Shown here: positions 1 to 9,675 of the stretch, one piece after another
Position numbering within the stretch: the first letter of the stretch is position 1
How the letters are laid out: the number at the start of each line of letters is the position of its first letter
Virus genome (UHGV): UHGV-0197631
Length of the DNA stretch: 43,736 nucleotides
Strand: one strand, 5' to 3'
DNA from: a virus
The notes under the pieces: generated by a model
Told to the model about the DNA's origin: nothing
What the model saw: the letters and a program-made list of their open reading frames with translations, nothing else
The model's database searches: none
Program-made: the position numbers and the translations under genes

Positions 1-97
1 CTGAAATCCCGCGCCAGCCGTTCAATACCGGCACCGATGCGCACCGATGTCCAGCCATTCCACTCCCGGCCATTTACCCGTAGCGTGACATTGTCGT

Positions 98-1423
98 TCA
101 TTGCACTGGCACCTTCAGAGGGATCACCGGCACAAAGCCGGGATGCGTAATGGCATTACGCCGGATAATGTCCGCGTCACGCGCCGCGTTATCAAACCAG
201 GTCGCCGCCAGCACCAGCGCGGGTAAAACCTCATCCGGTGTGCGCTGAATGATCCGTGCAGACTGTTCAAGGCGCGTGTTGATATCCGCATTCAGATCTG
301 CTTTCACCCGGCGCAGCGCCAGAAACAGCGCATCACTGGTTGTACGGGACAACTCCTTATCAATTGCCGTATTCAGTGTGTCGCGAATGTCAGTCAGTTC
401 TTCCCACGTCGGCAGGTCAACCGTGTTTTTCACCGCCGGTGCATTGTTCAGTGCCGGATGCGTGACGGAAGGCCAGCCAGTGCTCTGCGCGGGTGTTGTT
501 GACTGCCCCATTGTGGCATTCTGCATCACCGCGGAAGTTGTGGGCGCAGGCAATCGTGTGACGGCATACGCCGCTTCGCTGATTGCGGTCGTACGAAGGG
601 TGCTGGCAACCACGTTACGCTGCTGCGTCGCCGTGGCGTTGGTTTTACTGTCCGTTTTCCAGACGCCGCGCGGTTGCAGATCGCTGCCGAGGCTGACACC
701 GGAAAGCGTTTTGATCATGGTGACCAGGTCGCTGGCGTTACCATAAAGGCGTTTCCCGGTACGCCACATTTTCTGCACCTGCTCAACGAAATTTTTGCCT
801 GACGATGGCGGCGGCAGAAGTACCGAGATATCCCCCTGCAACAGCCTGGCGGCATCCGATACGGCAGAATCCACCACTTTCATCGCATCAGAAACATACC
901 CAAGCATTGTGCTGACATTACCGACGACGTCGTTCTGCACAAAATCTGCCACGCCATCGATACTGAAACCACTGAAGCTGTCACTGATGCAGTCATCCAG
1001 TGCAGAACAGGATGACATCAGCGTCTGCGCCGTCGCCGCACCTGAAGTGGGGTAAGAGAGTTCTCCCGCTTCGACAAACTTCAGGTCAAAGCGGACAATA
1101 CGCCCTTCACTCTTCGATGTGCTGACCCGAACTTCCCCGTCAACACAGACTTTCAGCTCACCGTAAGTCGGATGGACAAGCGTGCCGGGACCGGGTTTAT
1201 TCAGCGCGTCAATCAGGCGATCGCGCTGGTCAAAGCAGTCATCTCCCACCACATAAGCTGTGATGGACGGGCGGAAAGTGATTTTCCCCAGGTCTTCGGT
1301 ATAGGGTTTGTCGCGGTTCGGGTATTCGTGCGTTTCCACACGACGACCGGTTCCCGCACTTTCTTCTTCAACCTTAAACGGCACACCGCGAAATGACGCG
1401 TCCTGAAGTCTGTCTTTCCACGT
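98..1423 (-). CDS. Mu-like tail protein, DNA circulation protein family
   Basis: ORF 98..1468; N-terminus (MTWKDRLQDASFRGVPFKVEE...) resembles Mu gpN-type DNA circulation proteins and lies directly downstream of the tape measure gene; start set at ATG 1423, which has a GGAG Shine-Dalgarno 7 nt upstream. Confidence 0.6.
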   Translation of the reverse strand, partial: TWKDRLQDASFRGVPFKVEEESAGTGRRVETHEYPNRDKPYTEDLGKITFRPSITAYVVGDDCFDQRDRLIDALNKPGPGTLVHPTYGELKVCVDGEVRVSTSKSEGRIVRFDLKFVEAGELSYPTSGAATAQTLMSSCSALDDCISDSFSGFSIDGVADFVQNDVVGNVSTMLGYVSDAMKVVDSAVSDAARLLQGDISVLLPPPSSGKNFVEQVQKMWRTGKRLYGNASDLVTMIKTLSGVSLGSDLQPRGVWKTDSKTNATATQQRNVVASTLRTTAISEAAYAVTRLPAPTTSAVMQNATMGQSTTPAQSTGWPSVTHPALNNAPAVKNTVDLPTWEELTDIRDTLNTAIDKELSRTTSDALFLALRRVKADLNADINTRLEQSARIIQRTPDEVLPALVLAATWFDNAARDADIIRRNAITHPGFVPVIPLKVPVQ

Positions 1424-1486
1424 CATATAAACTCCGTACATAAAAAATCCCACCGGAGTGGGACTCATTAACAGATTAATTTTTCA

Positions 1487-3322
1487 TTACCTGCCAAAGC
1501 GCGTATAGCCAACATCATGGCTGACATCAAAACCGCTGGATCGCGTTTCCATAACCCGCATACCCGGAGGCGAATTCATAAAAGAGACCTTGATCTCACC
1601 ATCAACTTTTGGCGCAGAAGCTTTGTTAATCATGAAGGGATTCGGGCCTGTGGCACCGGAGGCGTTGTTTGACTGAGCCGGATCTACCGCCGGATAAGGT
1701 GTGTATCCCCGCGCCGGTATTCCCGTCCCATAAGCATCATAAGCACCCGCGCCCCACTGCGCAGAGTTAATGGCATCGACCGTGTCACCGGAACTGTCGG
1801 TAAACCACTCAATAATTGGCTTCAGCTTGTCCCACATATCCTGAAACCACTTAACAACCGGCCCCCAGTTATTGATCACCATCCCCAGCGGCGACCAGGC
1901 AAAAACTTTCTTAAGGAGTTCCCAGCCAGCCTCAAAATAAGGACCAATGGTTTCCCAGAGTTTCTTAAAATAAGGTCCGACAACATCCCAGTTAGTGATA
2001 ATTAATCCCGCAGCCAGGGCTATCGCCGTCGCAATCATGCCAATCGGCGTCATCGACATGATCCTGCTGACAATACTGATGGCACCGCCAACGCCCATCA
2101 ATCCCAGTTTCAGAATCGCAAGACCAGCAGCAAGCCCGACGACGCCGCGAATAACCCGGGGATTTTCATCCGCAAACTTCGTGAATTTCTCCCCCAACTC
2201 CCCCAGCCATTGCGTGATATTTTTAGCGTCACCAGAAAATGCGCCGCCAATAGCCGCAAGGCCGTTAGTTGCGGTCCCTGTCATTGCCTCCCACAGGTTG
2301 GACAGCGTACCAAGCTGTGCCTGAACACGTTTATTCAGGCTGGCCTGTTTATTCATCTTCTGCTGGATCTGATCGTAGCCATCCTTTCCTTTATCGATTA
2401 GTGCATTGACCACCTGAAGGGTTTCGGCATCATCACCAAATATTGCCTTAAGTACACCAGTTCGTTTAACGTCGGTCAGTTTTCGCAGCTTTGCCAGTTG
2501 CCTGAACATGTTATCAAGACCGCCAAAACTCCCTTTGCCGTCAGTAAAATCGAGCTGTACCCCGAGTTTCTGGCGGGCCATGATTTTATTGACGTCCCTG
2601 ATTTTCTTAACGCTTAATCCGGACTGGATAACTTTTCGCAGGGCGTTACCTGCCGACTCCCCGTTCATCCCCATCTGATCCATCATGACGCTGATGGGGG
2701 CAAGGCTCTGTGCAGCCTGAAGACCGTCCTTGTTCACCATCTTCAGAACAGAGCTGGTTTTAGTGAAGAAGGACAACATGTTGGTATCGTCCACGCCCAG
2801 ATAAAACGCCTTCTGGATAGTGTCGAACAGCCCCATCATGTCTTCTGACGCCGTTCCGGTAGCATCCTGCATCTTTGCAGCAAACTCAGCAGCCGCTTCC
2901 GGTGTTTTTTTCAGTTGTACCGCAAGATAAGCTGTCGCTTTACCCACACCACTCAGAATGTTTTCTGCCGGGATCCCCTGACGCACCAGCATCTGCATCA
3001 TGTTCTGGAAATCAGCCGTTGTACCGGGTAGCTGGTTACCCAGGCCAATAGCCAGTTTATTGATGTCCTGCAAGCGCTTTCCAATCTCGCCGTTCGCATC
3101 CATCATAGCGACTTTCAGCCCGGTGGCGGCGTTTTCCTGATCGGCATAAGATTTCAGGGAAAGCGTCAGACCCGCTGCCAGTCCGCCACCAAGCGCCAGC
3201 CCACCCTGTGACGCTTCTTCCGCCTGGCGTTTAAATCCCCGGATTTTCTTTTGCATTTTCGACAGCGCGGGAGAAAGCCTGTCGACACCGGTGATCAACG
3301 CCTTAAGCTCAAATTCAGCCAT
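1487..3322 (-). CDS. phage tail tape measure protein
   Basis: 611 aa, Gly/Ala-rich with hydrophobic central segments, positioned between tail chaperone and the downstream tail gene as in contractile and non-contractile tails. Confidence 0.8.
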   Translation of the reverse strand: MAEFELKALITGVDRLSPALSKMQKKIRGFKRQAEEASQGGLALGGGLAAGLTLSLKSYADQENAATGLKVAMMDANGEIGKRLQDINKLAIGLGNQLPGTTADFQNMMQMLVRQGIPAENILSGVGKATAYLAVQLKKTPEAAAEFAAKMQDATGTASEDMMGLFDTIQKAFYLGVDDTNMLSFFTKTSSVLKMVNKDGLQAAQSLAPISVMMDQMGMNGESAGNALRKVIQSGLSVKKIRDVNKIMARQKLGVQLDFTDGKGSFGGLDNMFRQLAKLRKLTDVKRTGVLKAIFGDDAETLQVVNALIDKGKDGYDQIQQKMNKQASLNKRVQAQLGTLSNLWEAMTGTATNGLAAIGGAFSGDAKNITQWLGELGEKFTKFADENPRVIRGVVGLAAGLAILKLGLMGVGGAISIVSRIMSMTPIGMIATAIALAAGLIITNWDVVGPYFKKLWETIGPYFEAGWELLKKVFAWSPLGMVINNWGPVVKWFQDMWDKLKPIIEWFTDSSGDTVDAINSAQWGAGAYDAYGTGIPARGYTPYPAVDPAQSNNASGATGPNPFMINKASAPKVDGEIKVSFMNSPPGMRVMETRSSGFDVSHDVGYTRFGR

Positions 3323-3497
3323 GTGTGCGTTTCTCCTGCTCTATCCTGTTTGCCTGACTGACCAGTAAGGGAATTTCACTGATCGGCATATTCAGCAATT
3401 CGAAAGGATTAATGCGCCAGTAACTGGCGCAGTCAAAGAAGCGATCAGTGAGGTATTCAGCCGTCAGGCCTGGAGGAAAAAACCAGCCACAAGCCAC
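3315..3497 (-). CDS. tail assembly chaperone -1 frame extension (gpT-like part of a G-T fusion)
   Basis: 60-codon ORF in the -1 frame overlapping the chaperone 3' end by 34 nt; no ATG (GTG in ORF track); ends 8 nt inside the tape measure start. Confidence 0.5.
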   Translation of the reverse strand: MACGWFFPPGLTAEYLTDRFFDCASYWRINPFELLNMPISEIPLLVSQANRIEQEKRTHG

Positions 3498-3733
3498 GCC
3501 GCTGCATTCAGGTCTGCCGGAGACATCTGGTCGACAGAGCTTTGCGGCACTTTCGCCAGCCGCACAATGTATTTCGATACCACATGCGCCAGAAGTCTGA
3601 CGGACTCATCCTGATTCATCTGGTAGGGATACCCCAGCTCGCGGACATCTTTCCCGGTGGGCTCATCAAACTCCAGTACGGAGAGTGTCTCGCCATGAGC
3701 GGTAATCGGTTTCTTTAACTCAAGCTCTTTCAT
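3464..3733 (-). CDS. tail assembly chaperone (gpG-like, frame 0)
   Basis: 89 aa ORF between tail tube and tape measure; ends ...AGFFLQA with a slippery run near its 3' end. Confidence 0.6.
   Translation of the reverse strand: MKELELKKPITAHGETLSVLEFDEPTGKDVRELGYPYQMNQDESVRLLAHVVSKYIVRLAKVPQSSVDQMSPADLNAAAWLVAGFFLQA
3476..3482 (-). other. candidate -1 programmed frameshift slippery heptamer T TTT TTC
   Basis: Minus-strand sequence GCT GGT TTT TTC CTC: heptamer T_TTT_TTC in frame 0; after -1 slip the reading continues as TTT TTT CCT CCA, which is exactly the 3315..3497 ORF. Confidence 0.5.
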
Positions 3734-4089
3734 TACTGGTAATCCCCTTCTTCACCGTGGAACTCAAGATCAACCGTCCCTTCTTCGGCATTATGGTTTG
3801 CTTCGCCGTGCAGCCAGGCAGACGACAGTACATAGACCTGACCGTTCGCCAGCTCGGCTGTGATGGTCATCTCATCAGACGAGGTGATTTTGCTCACCGG
3901 AAAATTCTTCGGCACCTTGAAGGTCCCTTTAACATAAGGCGCACGGTGAGTTTCCTTGCGGTCCACTGAACCGTCCAGGCCGATGATGTCATCATTGACC
4001 GTCCTGTTCATGGGCACCTCAATGCCGCCGGTCAGCGATAGCTGCTGACCGTCAATTTTGAAATAACAGGTTCCCCCGATACGGGCCAT
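3733..4089 (-). CDS. contractile tail tube protein
   Basis: 118 aa, immediately downstream of sheath gene with start/stop overlap; size and position typical of Mu/P2-type tube. Confidence 0.65.
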   Translation of the reverse strand: MARIGGTCYFKIDGQQLSLTGGIEVPMNRTVNDDIIGLDGSVDRKETHRAPYVKGTFKVPKNFPVSKITSSDEMTITAELANGQVYVLSSAWLHGEANHNAEEGTVDLEFHGEEGDYQ

Positions 4090-5585
4090 TATGCGGACTC
4101 CTCTGAATACTGAAGACGGAACTGGTTAACCACGGCAAAGACACGCAACTGGTTAACATAGTCAGGCGGGAACAGCGTGTTCAGGCGGTTCGGATCGCTG
4201 GCATCACGCTCCACAACCAGGTACTGCTTAAAAAGTTCGTAGTTTTCCACGATCCCCGCACGCTCAAGCTGACGGTAGGTTGCCAGCAGTTCCCCTTTGA
4301 TCACCGCCGGGGTGACAATCGCCTGACCGGGACCAAAGCGGGTACCGTCGCTGGCAAGCTTGTGACGCCCGTACTTACTGGTAATGACGGATTTCAGTTT
4401 GCGCAGTACATACGCACTGGTATGCAGCGTCTCGCTGTCGAGGTAGCTGTTATCCGCAACCCCGTAAGCGTTTTTCCTGTACGTGGTGACATCACGCTGA
4501 ATGCGCAGTACCCCGCTTTCGACATACGCCGTTGCCACGCCATGAGACAGCAGGGTCTGTTGTTCGGTCATCGTGAACCGTTTCCCCTTCGGCGCAGGCA
4601 GCATACCCACCAGCTCACCGGTCTGCGTGGGACGTGCCGGATCGTTGCGGATAAACACCGCTGCGCGGGCGGTACGGCTTGCCGCCAGCTCGTCGGCAGG
4701 CGTCTGGGTCTCTTTTTCGTACCCCGCCAGGGTAATGTGCTGCTGGTTAAACTGGTCACCTGCGGTCACCAGTTCTGACAGCGTGCCGATCTTTGCCGTA
4801 TACACATGACCATACAGCTGACGCGCATAGCTCCAGCGACCGCTGGTATCGTTCATCTCGGTCACCAGCGTGTTAACGGAGGCCGTGTCGTTGAACGGCA
4901 GGCCGATATAATCAAACGGCTCATCCGCCATTGCAGCCACCGCGCCGGTGAGAACCGGAGCACCCGTTCCGGCGGTACCCGTCGCCACGGCAATCTGTAC
5001 GCCCGCTGGCAGCACTTCGCCCCCACCAAAGCCGTAGTAATTGAGGCTGACAGGAATTTCATTCCCGCAAAGCCCCTTATGGCGAGCGGTCAATGTAACC
5101 ACACCAGCCGAAGATGAGGCCGTAAACGGCAGGGCCGGAACGGCATTGATGGCATCTTTGATACTGCTGGCAATCGTCGCGACGTTATCGCCGTTGGTCA
5201 GCGGTGCCTGCACGCGGGTACGTCCCACATAAACATTCACCGTGCCGGTTTCGGTTGCTGCCCCGGTCACCGTCAGCGTAACTGTTGCCGCCGCGCCTGT
5301 GGATTCAGGAACGGCAATCACATACAGCTCGCCAAACGGGTCAGTCTGGCGATAAGCCTCGACCATACGCGCCAGCTGACTTCCCGCACCACAAATCTGG
5401 CGTGCATAGTCTGCCGACGGCATCAGTACCAGACTGTTGGCAACAATCTCTGCACCGTTATTGGCATGACCAATCAGCAGCGATGCTCCGCTGTCCTGTG
5501 CAGTATTCGCCGCCTGGTTATCCATTTCCGCATAAAACAACGGAACCAGCGTATTCGACGGAATGGTGTTAAAGCTTATCGTCAT
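4089..5585 (-). CDS. contractile tail sheath protein
   Basis: 498 aa; position and size; Gly/Thr/Ala-rich composition typical of myovirus sheath proteins. Confidence 0.75.
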   Translation of the reverse strand: MTISFNTIPSNTLVPLFYAEMDNQAANTAQDSGASLLIGHANNGAEIVANSLVLMPSADYARQICGAGSQLARMVEAYRQTDPFGELYVIAVPESTGAAATVTLTVTGAATETGTVNVYVGRTRVQAPLTNGDNVATIASSIKDAINAVPALPFTASSSAGVVTLTARHKGLCGNEIPVSLNYYGFGGGEVLPAGVQIAVATGTAGTGAPVLTGAVAAMADEPFDYIGLPFNDTASVNTLVTEMNDTSGRWSYARQLYGHVYTAKIGTLSELVTAGDQFNQQHITLAGYEKETQTPADELAASRTARAAVFIRNDPARPTQTGELVGMLPAPKGKRFTMTEQQTLLSHGVATAYVESGVLRIQRDVTTYRKNAYGVADNSYLDSETLHTSAYVLRKLKSVITSKYGRHKLASDGTRFGPGQAIVTPAVIKGELLATYRQLERAGIVENYELFKQYLVVERDASDPNRLNTLFPPDYVNQLRVFAVVNQFRLQYSEESA

Positions 5586-5747
5586 CGGTATTCACCTTTT
5601 TATTCACGCGCCGGATATCACCCGCTGCTTCACGGCGCAGCCAGTAGTTGTTCTCGTCAACATTTCGCCCTTCGGCGGGCAAAAGGTCGCCGCGGGCAGG
5701 GTCAGGAACTGACCGCCCTTTAACAGGTTTCACAAACATGAAGATTC

Positions 5748-6308
5748 TCAGGTAGGAAGGGTTATTTCGGTGTGATGTTCGATATCGCCGTCAGGCCCGT
5801 TACCGGGATCGAGATAATCAACATCAATCGCCAGCGTTCGCAGTTCATCCAGACTGTTCAGGTCATCCTGCTGGCGGGTATCGTCTTCGGTCAGCTCGCT
5901 GATGACCGAAAAATCGAACTGATAAATCAGCTCATGACGATTCAGATCCAGCAGCGTGCCGCCGTCATAGGTAATCGGGTTACCGCACGCCTCCGGGTTC
6001 CAGCCCAGCAGAGCCTTAAAGAGCATCTGCCGGACATCGTCCACCACATCATACGAGGCAAACTGACCGCGCTCATCACGCCCGTTACTCAGTATGACAA
6101 CCACGGAGAAACCCTCTTTCAGCTCCTGCCAGTAGTCGGTCTGGCTTTTGTTTTCTCCCGGAGAATCATCACCCGGTACCACATACGCCGCCGGGAGTCT
6201 CAGCTTTCCGACCTCCGGCAGATTTTTGAACGGCTCCGCGCCTGCCACCCGGTTTTCAAAATACGGACAGCGGGCACGCAGTGCAGCAATAACGGGCGTC
6301 AGTTTCAT
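5748..6308 (-). CDS. phage tail/neck completion protein (Mu gp37-like), function uncertain
   Basis: 186 aa ORF between head-tail joining genes and sheath; assignment by position only. Confidence 0.4.
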   Translation of the reverse strand: MKLTPVIAALRARCPYFENRVAGAEPFKNLPEVGKLRLPAAYVVPGDDSPGENKSQTDYWQELKEGFSVVVILSNGRDERGQFASYDVVDDVRQMLFKALLGWNPEACGNPITYDGGTLLDLNRHELIYQFDFSVISELTEDDTRQQDDLNSLDELRTLAIDVDYLDPGNGPDGDIEHHTEITLPT

Positions 6309-6811
6309 CTGTGTCGTCGCTCCGGCTTCAGTGATTTACGCAATTCCCGCGCCAGAAAATAGCGTGTCCAGCTGCGGTTCTTTTCAAGAGTTTCCACCAT
6401 GAAGTTATTACGTGGAGCCAGTCGCCAGCCGCTGCCACCGGATGCACCACGATGATGGCCGCGACGACGCTTTGCCCCTCGCCTCACGCCATAGAACAAA
6501 AAAGCCGGATAAAAATCACCGGTGATACGGCGGTTTCCCTCTCCATTACGCTGGTTAGGGGCTATACGTGCCATAAAACCAGGGCGATGTTTACTGGCTC
6601 TGGGTACCATGTAACCAATTGAACGAGCCAGGCGTCCGGTCTGATAACCGGGGTTTTCACCCGGTGCCGACCGCGCACGGCGCATCACCAGCCGACGGGC
6701 ATCACGCATATGACGCTGACCAATCGTGACAAACGCCCGCCGGACACGGGCGCGGTTAAAGCGCATCTCCGCGGGCTGCTGAAAATCAACGTGCAAAAAG
6801 GAAGTCGTCAT
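6305..6811 (-). CDS. virion morphogenesis protein (HK97 gp10-like), basic
   Basis: 168 aa, very Arg-rich; 4-nt overlap with the downstream gene; position between head-tail adaptor and tail completion. Confidence 0.4.
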   Translation of the reverse strand: MTTSFLHVDFQQPAEMRFNRARVRRAFVTIGQRHMRDARRLVMRRARSAPGENPGYQTGRLARSIGYMVPRASKHRPGFMARIAPNQRNGEGNRRITGDFYPAFLFYGVRRGAKRRRGHHRGASGGSGWRLAPRNNFMVETLEKNRSWTRYFLARELRKSLKPERRHR

Positions 6812-7196
6812 TGTTGCCTCCGTGACTCTGCCTACATTCGCCCAGCTCCGTACACTCCAGCAGCAGAAAGCGCCGCGCCCCGTTCAGATCGCGCTGACGT
6901 TTCACCCGGTACACACTGTCACCGCAGACCACCTCATAATCAGCGGTGATCCCCCGGCGGTAACGAATGGTGATGTAATGGGTGATGGCGTCCCCGGTCT
7001 GCGCGGTTTCCTGCCAGGTGGTGGCACTGGTCTGGATAACCTTCGCCCATGTCCGGAACGTAACCGGGTATTGAGGCTCCACGCCAAAGTTATCCGCGGG
7101 CATATCCACCCGCTGGCGGATCAGGACGCGTTTATTCAGTTCACCGGGGTCCGGCAGAATGTAGGTTGCGCTGGTCTGCGCCTGACGAATTTTCAT
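6786..7196 (-). CDS. head-tail adaptor / head closure protein
   Basis: 136 aa; position in head-tail joining block downstream of gp6-like connector. Confidence 0.45.
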   Translation of the reverse strand: MKIRQAQTSATYILPDPGELNKRVLIRQRVDMPADNFGVEPQYPVTFRTWAKVIQTSATTWQETAQTGDAITHYITIRYRRGITADYEVVCGDSVYRVKRQRDLNGARRFLLLECTELGECRQSHGGNNDDFLFAR

Positions 7197-7516
7197 TGCG
7201 GGAAATACCTGTACGGGCCGACAAGCCAGTTAAAGCTCATTGGCAACTCCATTTTCTCAACGTCTGTAACCGACGAGCGATTTTCGTAAAAATGGCTGAT
7301 AAGCATCAGCATCCCCAGACGAATATCATCCGGCAGGTGCAGCCCGTCCGGATCGCTGTCCGGAATGGTTTCATCCGGAGCATAGAGCTTCCGGTTCAGA
7401 TACGTTTCCGTCCGCTTTTGCGCCGCACAGGCCAGCAGTTGCAGATGGCGGTCATCAGCATCGAAATCCTCATCCAGCCGGAGTTGGGCTTTAATCTCTT
7501 CCATTGTCAGAAGCAT
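7193..7516 (-). CDS. head-tail connector protein (gp6-like)
   Basis: 107 aa acidic protein immediately after the capsid block; 4-nt overlap with the next gene. Confidence 0.45.
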   Translation of the reverse strand: MLLTMEEIKAQLRLDEDFDADDRHLQLLACAAQKRTETYLNRKLYAPDETIPDSDPDGLHLPDDIRLGMLMLISHFYENRSSVTDVEKMELPMSFNWLVGPYRYFPQ

Positions 7517-7518
7517 AC

Positions 7519-7719
7519 TCAGCCCTCTTTACTGGTCGTGGCTTTTTTCTCTTTTGTCGCTTTACTGCTTTTTGCACTGGTTCCGCGCTCTGCTAACCCG
7601 GCCTGAAGTGCAATCTCCTGCACCCGGGCAGGAAGCGCCCCGTCGTCATACTCACCGGCCCGAATGACCTCAACACGCATACCGTCCGGTGACCATTTCA
7701 GATCTTGTTTCAGGATCAT
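7519..7719 (-). CDS. small hypothetical protein (Lys/Ser/Thr-rich C-terminus)
   Basis: 66 aa ORF wedged between major capsid and connector genes. Confidence 0.35.
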   Translation of the reverse strand: MILKQDLKWSPDGMRVEVIRAGEYDDGALPARVQEIALQAGLAERGTSAKSSKATKEKKATTSKEG

Positions 7720-7768
7720 GATTCTTCACCCGTCAGAACAGGGGGCGCGGTTCCGCGCCCCTGAGTGA

Positions 7769-8974
7769 TTACGCCGCTGCAATCTTCAGCAGTTTGATGG
7801 CCTGCGAATCGACCAGCATGCCGCCGGTGCGCTTGGTGGTATAAAAACCGACAAACGGTTTATTGGTGTACGGATCGCGAAGAATGCGGGTACCGATACG
7901 GTCAACGATGGTGTAACCCCGTTTGAAGTTACCAAATGCAATGGCTTTCGCATCCGCGGCAATATCCGGCATCTGCTCGTTTTCAGCGATACCGTAACCC
8001 GCCAGAGAGGATGGCTGCCCCAGTTCCAGCCCAGGACGCCACAGATAGTTACCCTCGGTGTCTTTCAGCAGACGGATGGCAAACAGGCTGTTGTTGTTCA
8101 TCATGAACTTCGCGCCAGTGCGGTGTGCCTTACGCAGCGTGTAAATCAGTTTGATAATGGCGTCTGCGGTCACCGCGGTCGCTTCGCCGGATACAATATG
8201 CTGAAGTTTGCCGAACGCCCGGACCTTGTCGGTTTCATCAGTGGATTCATACGCCAGGAACCCTTTCGGCTTCTTGGTGCCATCGCCTGAGGTAAAGGCA
8301 ATTTCTTCCTGTTCGGCAAATTCGGTTGCCAGCTCGCTGTTGATCCAGGCCTCCACGTTGAAGAAGGCATCGTCCAGCATTTTCTGGGTAGCCTGCGGGT
8401 TGCCGTAAATTTCCCCCATGAGAGGTTCAATCAGCTCCAGTCTGGAGGTGGCAGTCTGGGATCGCGTATCCGTTTCCCCCACCCATCCGGAAGCCGTACC
8501 GCCCAGATTCACCAGTTTTTTGTAGTCGGAACCGCCAACGGTGATCACCGTGGCTTCCTGACGCATCACCACTTCATCTTTCAGCAGGTTAAGAATGTTG
8601 CGATCCAGTTCTTCCGGCACGGCGTAGCCACCGTCTTCATCGGTACCCACCTGCAATGCCTTACGCTCCAGATCGCGCAGACCGTCTTCACGGCCTTTAC
8701 GCAGGAAGCCCACAAACGCCTCTTTATGCTCGGTGGCCAGTTTATTTTGCGCACCACCTGCCGGACGTTTCAGCTCAAGCAGCTCTTTTTCAAGGTCGCT
8801 TTTGAGATTTTCCAGCTCGCTGAGTTTCCCGTTCAGGGTTTCCACCTGCCCGGCAAGCTTGCCTTTTTCCTGCTCAATCGCATCCACGCGCTTGTCGTTC
8901 TTTGCTTTGAAGTCGTCAAACTTCTGCTGCAGCTCCTGCGCGACCTGTTCGACATCTTTAATATCAACCGCCAT
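7769..8974 (-). CDS. major capsid protein, HK97 family, with N-terminal coiled-coil delta domain
   Basis: 401 aa; N-terminal ~100 aa coiled-coil (scaffold-like delta domain) followed by the capsid fold region; directly downstream of prohead protease. Confidence 0.85.
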   Translation of the reverse strand: MAVDIKDVEQVAQELQQKFDDFKAKNDKRVDAIEQEKGKLAGQVETLNGKLSELENLKSDLEKELLELKRPAGGAQNKLATEHKEAFVGFLRKGREDGLRDLERKALQVGTDEDGGYAVPEELDRNILNLLKDEVVMRQEATVITVGGSDYKKLVNLGGTASGWVGETDTRSQTATSRLELIEPLMGEIYGNPQATQKMLDDAFFNVEAWINSELATEFAEQEEIAFTSGDGTKKPKGFLAYESTDETDKVRAFGKLQHIVSGEATAVTADAIIKLIYTLRKAHRTGAKFMMNNNSLFAIRLLKDTEGNYLWRPGLELGQPSSLAGYGIAENEQMPDIAADAKAIAFGNFKRGYTIVDRIGTRILRDPYTNKPFVGFYTTKRTGGMLVDSQAIKLLKIAAA

Positions 8975-8988
8975 CGTATTTCTCCTGA

Positions 8989-9675
8989 TTAGAAGTTCAG
9001 ATTTTTCAGTGCATTCAGTGCAGAGCCCACATCCTCAGCGTCGCGCAGGGACAGTGCGCCATAGCCCCCGGCCATGAATGCTTTGGCCTGGGTACGGGAG
9101 AGTCCGACATCACGCAGGACTCTTTCGATTTTTTTCTGTTCGGGGATTTCCCCGCGGGCCAGTGCGTTCTTGACGTCGCTGATCCGCGCCTCGTCGTTAG
9201 ACGGGAACGTCACCAGGCTGACTTCCCAGAGGTCGATTTCTTTCAGCAGAAAGGCTTCTTTGCTCCGGTCGTATTCCCAGTCTTTCAGGACGTACCCAAT
9301 AGAAAGGCCGGTTAACGAACCGGCCTTCATGTGTGCATGTGCGCGTTTTGCGAGGGGATCATCATCAATAAGCAACCGTCCCCTGACGTAAAGCCCGACA
9401 TCGTCTTCCTTCATTTCGGTGTAAACACCGATGGGTTCATCCATGCGGTGCTGCCAGAGCAGCGCAGGTAACGCTTTTCTGTCACTCCACGCCCGCAGGG
9501 AAGCAGCAAATGCCCCGGACATCACCACATCATCGTGGCTGTCCTTTACACCAAAGACGGAGCCATACCCTTCAAACTCACCGGAGTCACTGACAGATTT
9601 CAGACTCAGCGGTACATCAAGACGTTGTTTCGTCTGCATTGGCGTTATCCTTCTGCTTACCGGCTTTACTGCCAT
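8989..9675 (-). CDS. prohead maturation protease, HK97 gp4 family
   Basis: 228 aa; position between portal and capsid; sequence character of S78 prohead proteases. Confidence 0.8.
   Translation of the reverse strand: MAVKPVSRRITPMQTKQRLDVPLSLKSVSDSGEFEGYGSVFGVKDSHDDVVMSGAFAASLRAWSDRKALPALLWQHRMDEPIGVYTEMKEDDVGLYVRGRLLIDDDPLAKRAHAHMKAGSLTGLSIGYVLKDWEYDRSKEAFLLKEIDLWEVSLVTFPSNDEARISDVKNALARGEIPEQKKIERVLRDVGLSRTQAKAFMAGGYGALSLRDAEDVGSALNALKNLNF

Noticed and set aside
249-746. Plus-strand ORF inside the DNA circulation protein gene
   Set aside because: Antisense shadow ORF within a well-supported minus-strand gene; composition not protein-like. The same applies to other plus-strand ORFs embedded in the structural and early genes (for example 4362..4778, 5772..6362, 8733..9077, 10268..10843, 19481..20062).
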